From contig JBBMKC010222788.1 of NCBI GenBank assembly GCA_037834085.1, forward strand, positions 1-33,901: a stretch of DNA of 33,901 nt, read 5' to 3'. This document shows positions 1 through 12,400 of the stretch, one piece after another (position 1 is the first letter of the stretch; every line of letters starts with the position of its first letter). The position numbers were made by a program, and so were the translations under genes. The notes below the pieces were generated by a model, which was not told where the DNA came from, ran no database searches, and saw nothing but the letters and a program-made list of their open reading frames with translations. The stretch comes from Bipalium vagum. Its lineage: Eukaryota.

Positions 1-114
1 AGGGGTGGCATAATAAATTTATTTTGTAGTAAATTTTGTCGGGAACGTAGAAAAGTGGCATAATAGCGAGAGTGGCACAATAGCGGAGTGGCATAGTAAC
101 GAGATTTGACTGTA
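1..114. mobile_element. Terminal end of a Tc1/mariner-superfamily (pogo/Tigger-like) DNA transposon or MITE, truncated by the window edge
   Basis: Ends ...aacgagatttgactg|TA (reverse complement TA-CAGTCAAATCTCGTT), the CAGT-initial TIR plus TA target typical of pogo/Tigger-like elements. Subterminal ~16-17-bp repeats agtggcataatagcg / agtggcacaatagcg / agtggcatagtaacg at 54-101, plus gtggcataata at 5-15. The other end is not in the window. Confidence 0.6.
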
Positions 115-2616
115 ATTCAATCATTTTGTTTTTTTACTAACTTTTAATTCTTGAACCTGTCTCGACCGAATTTGTATCATTGATCGAAACAAGTCATTAA
201 AGGAAGGGGAGATGACCAATTTATTTTGCCTTAATGTGTAGTTTAAAGTTTTTGATACATTAGACTAGGTGTTGTCTTATAGTGATATCATTTTTCCATA
301 TTTGGTAGGCATTCAGGGTATTTTGCTCTTAATTTATGACCTACCCTCTATTACTTGATGTTTTCGAGTTGTTTCTCTTGGTTTCATTATTTCGGAGTAC
401 AAAATACTTTTTTTATTACATAATACTAAAAATAATATATTCTTTTTGCAGTTGAAAAAAGGAAAAATTGATTATTGATTTTCAGAATATTAATTAATTT
501 TTAGTTAATTTTATTTTATTGAAATTTTTTGAAAAAATTTACTGGAATAAAATAATTAGTTAAAATATTTAGTTTTGTCATTTTCACAAAATAAAATCAC
601 AAGGTCAATAAAAATAGAAGAATGATGATTTTGGAGTTTATTAAATCCGACAGATTTGTCCTTAAAATTGTCCTGCTGCTACAACATGTTGAATTTTTTT
701 ACCTTCGTATATTATCTATTCATTGACCTGTTCATTCTAGAGATAATTAAGTTCACCAAATGTTTAATGAAATTTCAAACCTACTATAAAAGTTTTCTTA
801 GCCCCAAAATATTCTATATATAATACATAGATTTTCATTTTTTGCTCATTACTATTATTATTAATTATGTTAAACTAAAATTAGTATTTTACAAAGTTTT
901 ATGAAATTTGTCTTTAAAATTTAAAAATACATTTCAAATTTTAATCTCATAAAAATTTTGATTAAAATTCCAGATTCATTTAACCTTATTAAAAATCAAA
1001 AACAAAATGTTCTTCAATTTAGAACCAAAATAGTAATATTTGGTTCTAAATTGATTTTAAAAACGATTAATAATAATTTAACTACTTCTGTTCATTTACT
1101 AAGTACACGTAAAAATCTGAATTTCCATGTTTATATTAGCACAAAACGCGTTTAGTCAGAAATTAAAAAATAATTAAAAAGTTTGAAATTTTTATTAGTA
1201 CAAATAGTGTATGAAAATTAAATTAGTATGGTTTATTTTTCTATCTATAGATATGTTAAAATTATATTTTTATGAAAGTAATTTACATAAATAATTATTT
1301 TATTTTTAAAATTTATAAATAATTATTTTTAATTTTCTTATTTACAATTATTTATTATCTATTATTTCATTACTATTTCATTAGTAATATTACTATGCTA
1401 TTTTTTATTGAAAAACAAATAAATCTTAAATAATTGATATTGACTTGTCAAAAGTGTAGGTATTGCAACAGAAAATCTAATTTCATTATTGAATATAATA
1501 TTGCTACAAAATATGTATTTAAAACAGACAATGTCACAAAGACCTTGTGAAAATACTTAACATTTTAAGAAACATAATTTCTTAACTTAGAAATAGATTT
1601 TGATAATAAAATGACACACATTTCTAATCAAACACGTTGCGTTTTAATTAAAAAAGATAAATGAGATGAAAAGCTCAGAAAATCTTTTTATTCAAAATGT
1701 GTTAAATGTTTTATTTTTTCTCAAATTCTTTCTTTAATTACTTTAAGTTAACTATCAAATTAAAAAAGTAATCTTGCAATATTTTCATTAAATGTTTTTC
1801 AAATTTCTTTATTATTATTATTATTATTCTTAAAGTTTCCAAAAATAAAATTCAAATATATTGATTTTGATCTTTGATTGCCGAAATTCATTTTCTTCTT
1901 CTAACACAGTACTATTTGTTAATATCAAATCATGTTTCTCAACTAATTAATACTTTATTTCTTCATCACCTTTCATAAATATTTACCAAATAATTTTACT
2001 TTTTCAACATACCGTTACTCTCACAAAATCATTGTTTAAAAATTTGGTGTATGAAACAAAATTATTTAGTTTTTTCTCAAAATAATTGAAATTTTTTACC
2101 AAAACCCGGGTTTTTATAAATAACTATTCATTTAATTTGATTTAATATTTTATAACTCTATAACAATATTGATTAAGTTTCAGCATATTTTAAAAATATA
2201 ATATTAGTAAATAAGGAAATAAATAAATTATTAATAATTTAATATTTTATTTTTACCTTTAATTTATTTGATTATTTTATTAATGCTACTTTGATTTTTT
2301 AATATGATTAAATTCTTTATTGATTTTTAAAAAATTTAATTATTTAATTTTAAGTAGTGCACTTAACACATTTCTTTAAATAACTTTCTTTGATATATAC
2401 AAACAAGTAGGGTGTCTATGAATATTTTCTAAACAAATTTCTATAAATCGTGTAAAATAAATATACACAAAATAGTTTATATTTTTGGAAAATCTTAGTT
2501 TTTAAATAATTTATCTTTCTGTTTTATGAATTTTATTCGAATCATCAAACTTTTCTTCGCATCTCTTATAAAAGTGACTTTAAAATAATCTTTTACTTAG
2601 GTTTTTTCATCATAAT

Positions 2617-3331
2617 TATTATGGTTGTCATAAGTAATTTCTTTATGAAATAATGAAGAATGATTATATTCCATTTTTTCCATAAAGCCATGAAATCTTT
2701 CCTTCCTTTGAACACGAAAAACGTTTGGCATCTCTTTTCCATCTTGTCAAAACTATTAAAGGTACGCCATTTGAAATCGCAATGTCACTAAAGACATCGC
2801 ATACAACGGTAGAAAATACTCTGAGTATTTTGGGATTCTTTTCTTGACTCAATGTCAAGGTACCGCATAGTTTAACGGAAGCTGATTTATTGGGATTTAT
2901 ATCACTATGTTATTCATTGCTGAAACCCATCCACTCTTGAAGCAATTCGTTAAAATTAATGAAAAGATGGTTGTCTATTATAATGTGGTCCATAAAAGGT
3001 CGTGGGGTCGTCCTGGTGAGCATCAGAATCGTCACAAAAGACAGAAATGTACCCCATGAAGGTTATGCTTTCTTTCCTGCATACTCACCGGACTTGACTT
3101 CTACCGATTATCATTTGTTTCGGTTGCTGTAGTATTCCTTGAACATTGAATGACGATGAGTCTGTCACAAGTCACATTAAAACTTTTTTCTAATAAACAT
3201 CAGGAGTTCTATGAACTCATGGCATCATGAATTTGGCGTATTAATGGAGAAAGATCATAAAAGAATCAAATATAATTGATTGAAATTGTTTTTGTCAATA
3301 AAATATTTTGAACTTTCTTGCTAACCCAATA
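2617..3331 (+). mobile_element. Degenerate, internally deleted mariner (DD34D) element
   Basis: Transposase motifs KVPHSLTE (~2857, cf. WVPHEL), NEKMVVYYNVVHKRSW (~2958, cf. DEKWxxYxN) and YSPDLTSTDYHLF (3082-3120). The HDNARPH segment is missing. Degenerate TIRs: tattatggttgtcataagtaatttc and gaactttcttgctaacccaata. Confidence 0.85.
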
Positions 3332-3411
3332 TATTATTATTTCGTTTCAAGTCTAATTGATTTTTTATTTATCTGTGATGTACGTTTTATTAAATGTACC
3401 TAACATTGTAG

Positions 3412-6400
3412 AATCAAACAGTACTCGAAGTCGCAGATGATGAAGTGAAACCTTACTTGCGTGAGGAAATCAGAAAGGTACTAAAATAAGTTATATTTAT
3501 TTGAAAAAAATAAATTAATAAATTTTATTTATTATTAATAATCTAAATGTATTAAAATCTTATTTGAAGACGTGTCAGAAAGTTAGTATTATATATCTGT
3601 CGTTAACAGAATTTTATATCTCTGTACATTTTGGTATTCATAACAGGCTTGAAGCAAAAACCAAGTTAATAAAAAAAATATTTTATGTTACGTTATTAAT
3701 AAGAGATTTAAGATAGTTTCATCTGTTAGGAAAACTACTATTAAAATTTATTCAAATATTTTTCTATTGGTAGAACTAAGTTTTATTTTAATGTTTTCGA
3801 AAAATTATGTATTTAATATTTACCTTATTAATTATTCATTAAGCAATTATTATAATTACTTTTTGGTATTCATAATCAAATAATATATTTAAAATAAATA
3901 TTAATAAATAAATGATTAAGCAATATTTTCAGTGAAAAAAATATTTTAAGTAAGCTTATAAAACGATTTTTCAATAGATATATTTTTAAAACATAACCTC
4001 TAAACAGATAAATATTGAACTGGAAATAATTAATGATTAATAAAAAACAGAATTCATATCTAGAGGAAAAAGAATACAGTTAAAAATTGATTGCTGAAAG
4101 ATTGGAAAATTATTCAAATTTTAAAGGGGATATTAAAATACAACTTTGAGAATGAGTTCGAAAAACTCCCTGACGAAGAAAATATAATATTAATATAAAT
4201 AACTGCTAAAACCAATGAATTATTTAAAAATTACAATACTAATGTCTACGACATATTTTTTATAAATTTAAATGTCATTTATTTAATAGTCTGTACATAA
4301 AGGGGACATAGTATCACCTCAGAACACAGTAAACTTTTATATGATTCAATTAATGTGTTTTAAGAATAAGAAAAGTTAATATTCAAGAATTTATGATCAA
4401 TATTATTAATAATGATGAATTATTAAAAATCGTGGTTTTTAAAAAAAAATTATTATTTCATTTAAATGTTAAAATTCCTTTCTTCATTTTTTACGATTGA
4501 AAATATTTTAATGTTACCAATAAATTGTTTGAGTTAAGCACGTAAAATTTTAAAAAATCAATTTTCGAAGTTATTATTCTTAAAAGTTAAATTATTTTTA
4601 TTGATAGTGAATTATTAAATTTATGATAAAATGATATTGGTAATAATTATATTCTTTACACTTAAAATCTATGGTAGTATTTAATGTACTTCATTGAGAT
4701 CATTGGTTTATGAAACTAGTCTTCAAATTTGCAGTATAATTTGTCAATCAATATTTTTTCTCTGATTATGTCATCTTTAGTGAAATAAAAGTGTAAATTA
4801 TGTAATAATAATAATATTAATAATATTATTATTATTAAAAGTTCATGATAACCAGAGTGTCATATTTGTATCCTTGGACTCTATTTTAAGCAGTATATTT
4901 TCAGTTAAATATCAGGAATCAGAAAGATAAAACCATTTTTGTCAATAACACATTTTACAATACTTTGATGTTACAGTATTATTGCAGCTAATAATTTTTT
5001 CCATTTTTTCGAAATTTTCTTTTTTTTTAATGATTTATTTACTATTGTCTTGTGTATTTAGGCGAGATTTAGACGCGAAGAGAAAGGCTCAGTTAAAAGG
5101 TAGGTATTACATATATATTATTTGTAATTTTTTTCGTTTATAGACCAGCTCAGTTTCAAAATGGTGAATATCAACCAAGTGAAACAAAAATTATTTGCCA
5201 AGAAAAAATTGCTCAAATTGCAGGTCCTATTCTATTACATCATTATTTTTTAAAAAAAATAACTGTTTGTGTTTATTTTAATTGACTAAATTAAGAATAT
5301 CTTTATAAACAATTTAGATTGTTTAAAGTCGTTATTCCTGATCGAGTTATGTATTTATCTATTGATTTCTTTGAGAACTTTGAATTACAGTAAAAAATCT
5401 AATGGGTTGAAAGAACGTTAAACAAAATATAATTTACTTTTTTCCACTTATAGGCGTATAAAGATCGTTTTTTGAAGCATTTTTATAAACATAGTATCAA
5501 TATTTATAACTATATACGATGAAGTCTGAATTTTGAAAATACCATTAATTGTTCTGTTTAAAGGAAAAAGGAACATTAAAATTAAATTATTTATAAACAT
5601 CTGTTTCACTTTATAATATGTATCAATAATTTTTATTTGGATTTAGTTTATCTTCAACTTCAAGCAACTTAATGAAAAGCAGAATGAGATTTACAATTCT
5701 CTTTTTAACTTTATTGATTTAAATACATATTAGAGATTAATTAAATCTTTTACTTATTTTCTATATTTTACTTTAACTTCAAAATATTCTTTTAAACCTG
5801 GTTTCTATTTTATTCTTTTTAGCTTTGTGTTTCATGAATATGACAAAGGTAATAAAAAAATTATATATAGATAAACTAACAGATTTTTTTGGAATTTTTA
5901 TTAATGAAAAACAATTTATTTCATTATATTTTCACTTTTATCTTGAGAAATGTTTGACAACAGCTTGAATAGAATTTTCTTTGCTTTTCTCCCATAATTT
6001 TATGACATCCCATTGATTGTAGGTAGACGCATATTGACGTTAAAATTCTTTTAATCTTGTAAAATTATCTATTTTTTTATGATTCTCGTCGAGCTTAAAA
6101 GACCAGTCGCACCTTTAAGAGCTAGGTGTATCGTAAAAGTTCAAAACTTGGTGAACAAATTCTTCGCATTACCAACCTTTATCTCACCTTTTTTATACAT
6201 ACAAGGTGTCCCATAAGTCCCCGTGGAAAGTAAACTTAAATATCTTTCATTATTTGAAATATCGATTGAAATTTCTATTTATATAATATTAAGGTTTTTA
6301 AGTCTAAGTTTTGTTTTAATATTTAAAAATTAGATTTACCAAATGCTGCTTGATTTGAAGTTAAGAATCAAAATTGTACTTTTAATGGCCAAATTCAACT

Positions 6401-9400
6401 CAATTTGTGTTGTTAAACGGAAATTAAATGCCGATTTTGGAAAAACCTCACCAAGTGAAAGTGCTTTAAGAGAGACTTTTCATCGTTTTTGTGAGATTGG
6501 CTCGGTAGAAGATCTTGAACGTTCTGGAAGACCAAGGCTGATCATTGAAAATGAAGTTATTGAGTTAATGAGTGAAGTTATTGAAAGTGACTCACAATGC
6601 AGTTTTCGATCCGTTGCAACCATCTGCTCCATTTCGCGAACAACAACCCATCGAATTATGAGAGAACAGTTATCATTGAAACTCTTTAAGGTCCATTTCA
6701 CGCAGGAAGTTACATGAAGAGGATGGAAGAAGAGGAAGAAGAATGTTAGAAAATGTGGATATTCAGGAAAATATTTTCTTTTCAGATGAAGCAATATTTT
6801 ACCTAAAAGGATTAGTAAATAAACATGACGTCAGATATTGGTCAGAAAGTAATCCACATGTTTCTATTGAAACTGCTAGAAAATCACAGAATGTAAATGT
6901 TTTGTGTGCTTTGTCAAAAAATAAAATTATCAGTCCGTATTTCTTTGAAGATGAGACTGTTAATGGCCAAAATTATCTATCAATGCTTCAAGACTATTTT
7001 ATGTTTGAAATGAGGAAAAATGTATAAAGTACGGTCTTCTGGTATTTCAGCAAGATGGAGCTCCTTTGCATTTTTAAACAAATGTACGATGATATCTTGA
7101 CGCTCATTTTCCGAACAGGTGGATTGGAATAGGTGGTTCGATTCGATGGGTTCTACGTTCACCAGATTTAACTCCTCTTGAATAGAATAAGATATACAAA
7201 TTTGACATAAAAAATATTGGCGATTTGAAAACAAAAATCACCGAAGAAATAGAAAGTGTTATCACAGAAACTTTGAATAGTGTATTTTTAAATATTGTAA
7301 AAAGGATGAATTTATGTATATCAGTTAATGGTATTCCTTTCGAACAATTGTTGTAAATATTTTTATATGAAATAAAAATTTAAAGATTAGTCTTTAATTT
7401 TAGAGACCAAGTGATTAAATATCTCAATCTGCTTAAGAAATATTTAAGTTTACATTCCGCTTCGACTTAAGGGACACCCTGTAGCTAAAATATTAATGAT
7501 CTTTTTTGAAATCATTCTGTTGGGGCTCATATGACAAAAATGAAAAGATTTATTCTGTGAAAGCTTTGCTAATTGAAAATTGCCTGTGTTTTCAAACTCA
7601 TAAACGTGCGACAGTCTGTGTTAAATGTGTTTTCTTTCATATAGTGACAAAAAATAAGTGATTAATCAAATTCATTTAAGGATAACCAGTCAAATATCAA
7701 AATATAAACAGCTTGAAATGTCAATAGTAAAAGTTGTTGACTGATTAATAAAAATCAATCATGTGTTTGAACATTCTTACTGTACATTTCTCCCAGAATT
7801 TTCACAAACTCCTTATTATTCGATTTCAACTTAATAATGGAATTTCTTCGATTCCGAATGATTAATGTTGCTATTTCTCTTTGTTTTATTGTATTCCGTT
7901 CTCCAGGTTATTTTAAAATATTTATCGTCGTAGAAGTAACTTCTAAACTTTTAGACTGATCAAAGAAACACCTCTGTCAATTTTTCGTTCCTTTACAGTG
8001 CTTCAGATCAGTTTTTCTGGATTATAGATTTTTCTTTAATTCCCATGTTAAAATATTCATGGCTTTTTCTAGAAAAATATTTATAATTGACAGAAGTTGT
8101 AGAGTTTTTATCAACTGTATGAAAAAAAAATCAAAGTTTTGATAAAAAACAAAAATATCAAATCAAAATAATATCTATTTTAAAAATTGCAATAAAATAT
8201 ACACGTGTATTGATTTTCTGCTGAACATGTTCTATGGTAGAAAGAGCTGGAGAGGGAAAGAGAGAGAAAAAGAGGAAATTACATTAAATAAAGTACATGG
8301 AACAAATTTGCTGGGAATATTAGCATAATTTTATTACTGGCTAAAATGCAAATGGCAATTCAGTGATGAACAAAAATGTCATCATTTGAGAGGAAAATAA
8401 AGGTCAAAACAGTTCATCAATATTTTATTAAATAATAATAGGTAAAATGTCTTTTTTTCATTACTTCTTCTAAATTGTCAATCAATGCGAAAAAAATAAT
8501 TTGATTCATTGACAAATATTAATTAGTAAAAAATCAGAACATTTAATTCTGTGTTTTTAATCGATAACACAAACATGAAATAAATATTTGTTCAAAGTAT
8601 TCCCTTCGATGTTAAAAGGGATTTATTTTTGAGTACTGGCCGCTTAAGAATTAAAAACTAAATAAAAAATCATCAAATAGTGTCATAAACCTAAGCACTC
8701 AAATAAATTATGAAAATATTGTTAAAGACTTTAAATATTGAGTTTTAAATTTCAAATGGTTGAACGTCATGATAATGCTAATAATAACATTTATGTTTTA
8801 GTCGATACGCAGAACGTCAATGGCGATAAACGTGTCACTGTAGTTGAAGAACCCATTAATGCCCCTATTGATGACGACCAGATTTCTGCTGAACGAAAGA
8901 AATCTGCGGATGAATTCGTGCAGTCGCTAAATAATGTGGACATTAAAGATGTCAAAGCAATTTCAAATGATTCGACACACAATATGGATATTTGTCCTCC
9001 CGATTCCCAGGTACATCATTTATGGTTACATATATTTATTCAAATTTAAGATGTATCAGAGTTATTATAATATATATTAATTTCAAGACTGCTTAAATTC
9101 ACAAAATTTTATGTGTTTTCAATTAATGAACCTTATATTATATCGACAAAAATAAAAATATTGATTCATTAATTTAAGTAAAATCGCTTTTTCAAAATGC
9201 TTTAAAAACTAAAATATTAATTAAATTTTTTTTCTGACTTTAAAGTATTTTAAATGTTTTAGAATTATTGATTTATTAATCGATTGTTAAAATTAAAGAA
9301 TTAAATATTAAATTGATTATTTTTAATAATTAACGATCAATAATATTTCTGATGAAATAATTTAAAGAATATCGAATAAATTTTAAAGAAATATTTATAA

Positions 9401-12400
9401 TATAAGAAATCAATTTTTTAAAGTGGAAAATAATCAAATACTTTGAATATTGGAATTACAATAAGATCGATATATTTTTTCAGACAGAATCGAGAATGTG
9501 ACGAATTATTTAATGAATAAAATCTTTTAAGTGAATAGATTTGTTCTCGTTTTAAACACTCTTTTGAAAACTCTTTACACTGAATTTAATATCGATAACA
9601 TATCCCTTTTTATTTTAATTTCAACATTAAAGCGATCCAACCCCTAAACTCTTTCTTTTAATTGATAAGATTACAAAATAGGATTATAAATAAATGAAAA
9701 TAAAACAAATACGAGATCAGTAATAATTAGAGTAGATTTAAAAATCAGATAATTTCAACAGGATTTCACTTAATGAAATAATAACAATTATGTAATTTCT
9801 TTTATTATTTAAAAAGACTCGGCATCTTTTGTTCTAACAATAATTGTTAACTAACTTATTATAATTTCACTGTTTTTATCTATTAAGAAATCAATGTTAT
9901 ATTAAAAATAATTTTTTCTCTTCATATCTATCTAGTAAACTGAACTAGATCAATTTACTGAATTTAATATTTAATAGAAATTTGTATCCTATTATTTTCC
10001 AAAATTATAATATGAAGTTTTATACTAGTTATTAAATTCTTGTAATAAATTAATAGATGATTCTCTGTTGATGACATTGATAAATTGAAATTTTCTCTAA
10101 CTACAATACTCACGAAATGCGTATATCTTTTTAAAAATATATGATAACAAAATTGTGTTGATTATTCTACCAACTGTTTCAGAAAAATTAAGCAGTTTAT
10201 CATGAAATTATAATGAGAATTTGAAGAATTTATCACAGTCAAATTTATATTTTAAAAATCTAATATTTAAAACAAATACTATATATTGTCTGCATAAATG
10301 GTGTCTCATCTGTTTTAAAATTAATAGCAGTTTCGGATCATGTTTTTTTGACCGAGTCGGTGAAAAAAGATACTTGAAACAATTGATCACAAAAAAAAAT
10401 TTCCATTTAATATTTTGGCGCGAAACCCATTCATTTAGATATGATTCCAGAGATCACCAGAGACGCCCTTCATAGACACGGTTTTAGTCTTCAGTTTTCA
10501 CCAAATCGATTCAATTCTTTGCATGTGAGCATCAGTCTCCCTGTTAACAAAACTCATTTTTTGGTTGACATTTCGATGAACATAATTTTCATTTTTGACA
10601 ATTTTCATCTTTCACTCATTATAACGAAGCCACGTTCCCTCGGATCCGCCATTTTTTTGGGAATCTCACATTTCCCCCCTAATTTCTGCATAGAAATTAA
10701 TAACGACAGATTTTGAAACACCTATGTCGTCAGTAACTGATTTTTGTGATCTGCCAAGGGCTTATAAATGTAATAAATGGACACATTTATTTAGAGGTAT
10801 TTTGAATTTCTCAAAAAAGGACTTTCTCCTAATAGAAAAATATCTATTGTAATTTATGCAAATTTTCGTGTAGCAGCGCCATGAAACACAAGTATTTCTT
10901 TTTATGTACATTTCTTGAATATCGTGCCACAACCATCGCATTTATCTAAAATCGTTAATATCATTATAAATTACCTCATAGTAATAACAGGCAGTTTTCT
11001 CTTAAAAACATAATTGCATCTGCTGGAACACCCATTACTATGCTGTTTATTACATGATCCGAAGTTTCGATATTTAAAATCATATTCTGTTATCAGGTTA
11101 AGGAATAAGTAATTTTCAATTATTTGTTTTATTTATGAATTTATAAAGGTATTGATATTAAATCTATTCATATACCATAAAGTTCTAGTCTAAAATTATG
11201 AATTTCACAAAGGTGTTTATTTGGCACTGCATTCTCTTCCAGTTGAAGAGCGGTTTCGGCGCAGCATTTGCGATCAGATGCCATTAGTGTTTCAGAATTG
11301 ATTTAAATTTTTGATTTGAAGAACCAATCATTATCTGGAGCCTAAACTTTAGTGGATAATGACATGTTGCGAGTAGGCATCGAGTCAAACCCACCTCAAA
11401 TCACATATTGTTACGATCCGAAAGCCATTTGGAATCGTATAAAAAGCATTAAGAAAATCAGAAGACTTAGTATCTGAGTAACTTAGTATCAGTATCCGGT
11501 ACGAATTGACAGATAGAATTTAAAGAGTGCGACACTACTCTCCCGATTGCAGTCTGACCTATTGATATTTGTAGATGTGAGATGGATTCTCTAGGTCAAT
11601 AACAAGAAGTAGGTAATGGTTAAATCTTAACCAGGCACCTTTCGCCACTGCAAAATATTGTTCTCACTATAAATAAGTTTTATTGTCTGTTTGGTTGGAT
11701 ATCCATGTATTGTGTGTGTATTGGGACCTGTTGGAAAATAACACCACTATAAATGCCGAACTCTATTCTCAACAATTAGTCAATATCGGGCCTATTTTAA
11801 AAAACAGAAAGGTATAATCCTGAAACACTAAAGTGAGAGACCACATAACTCCTGGTTGACTCAGGAAAAGGTTCTTATGTATGGAGATGAGGTCTTACCA
11901 CATTCATCATACTCTCCTGACATCGCTCAATCAGATTTTTACTTATTTAGGTCTTTTCAAAATCATTTGAATGGACAGTAGTTTCAAAATGAAAATGCTA
12001 TCAAAGAAACCATTTCGGCCTTTTTCCACTCAAAGATATTCGAATTTTATCACGAAGGCATTAAAGCACTATAAAAGAGATTGTAACAAGTTTTCCAGTA
12101 TGATGGAAAATATATCATTGATTGACATTCAAAATACTTTTCGTGCGTTGATTTAAATATATTATCAAAATATGAAATTACTTATTCTTTGACCCAATAA
12201 ATTTGTTAATTGTATATTATATTTGAATATTTAAATTTTAGTAAATGTGATTCCAATGATTCCTTAAATTTTATTGCCAATTTTACCTTTACGGTTTGTT
12301 TTAATCATATTCAATGATAATACCTTTACTGATGAATTTCAGCTGTTTTATACATACATAAATAAGAATTCCGATATTAATATTAGTGATGTCCTGGTTT

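Noticed and set aside
1-101. Regular short direct repeats suggestive of CRISPR
   Set aside because: Units are nearly contiguous with no unique spacers, there are no cas genes, and the context is eukaryotic; they fit transposon subterminal repeats.
958-1155. Short ORF, and similar ones at 16370, 18916 and 19340
   Set aside because: AT-rich, I/K/F/N-biased chance ORFs in intronic or UTR sequence.
8220-8450. GA-rich tract plus ag|gtaaaa donor as an alternative MYPT first exon
   Set aside because: All frames that could join the next exon contain stops; a non-coding first exon cannot be supported without transcript data.
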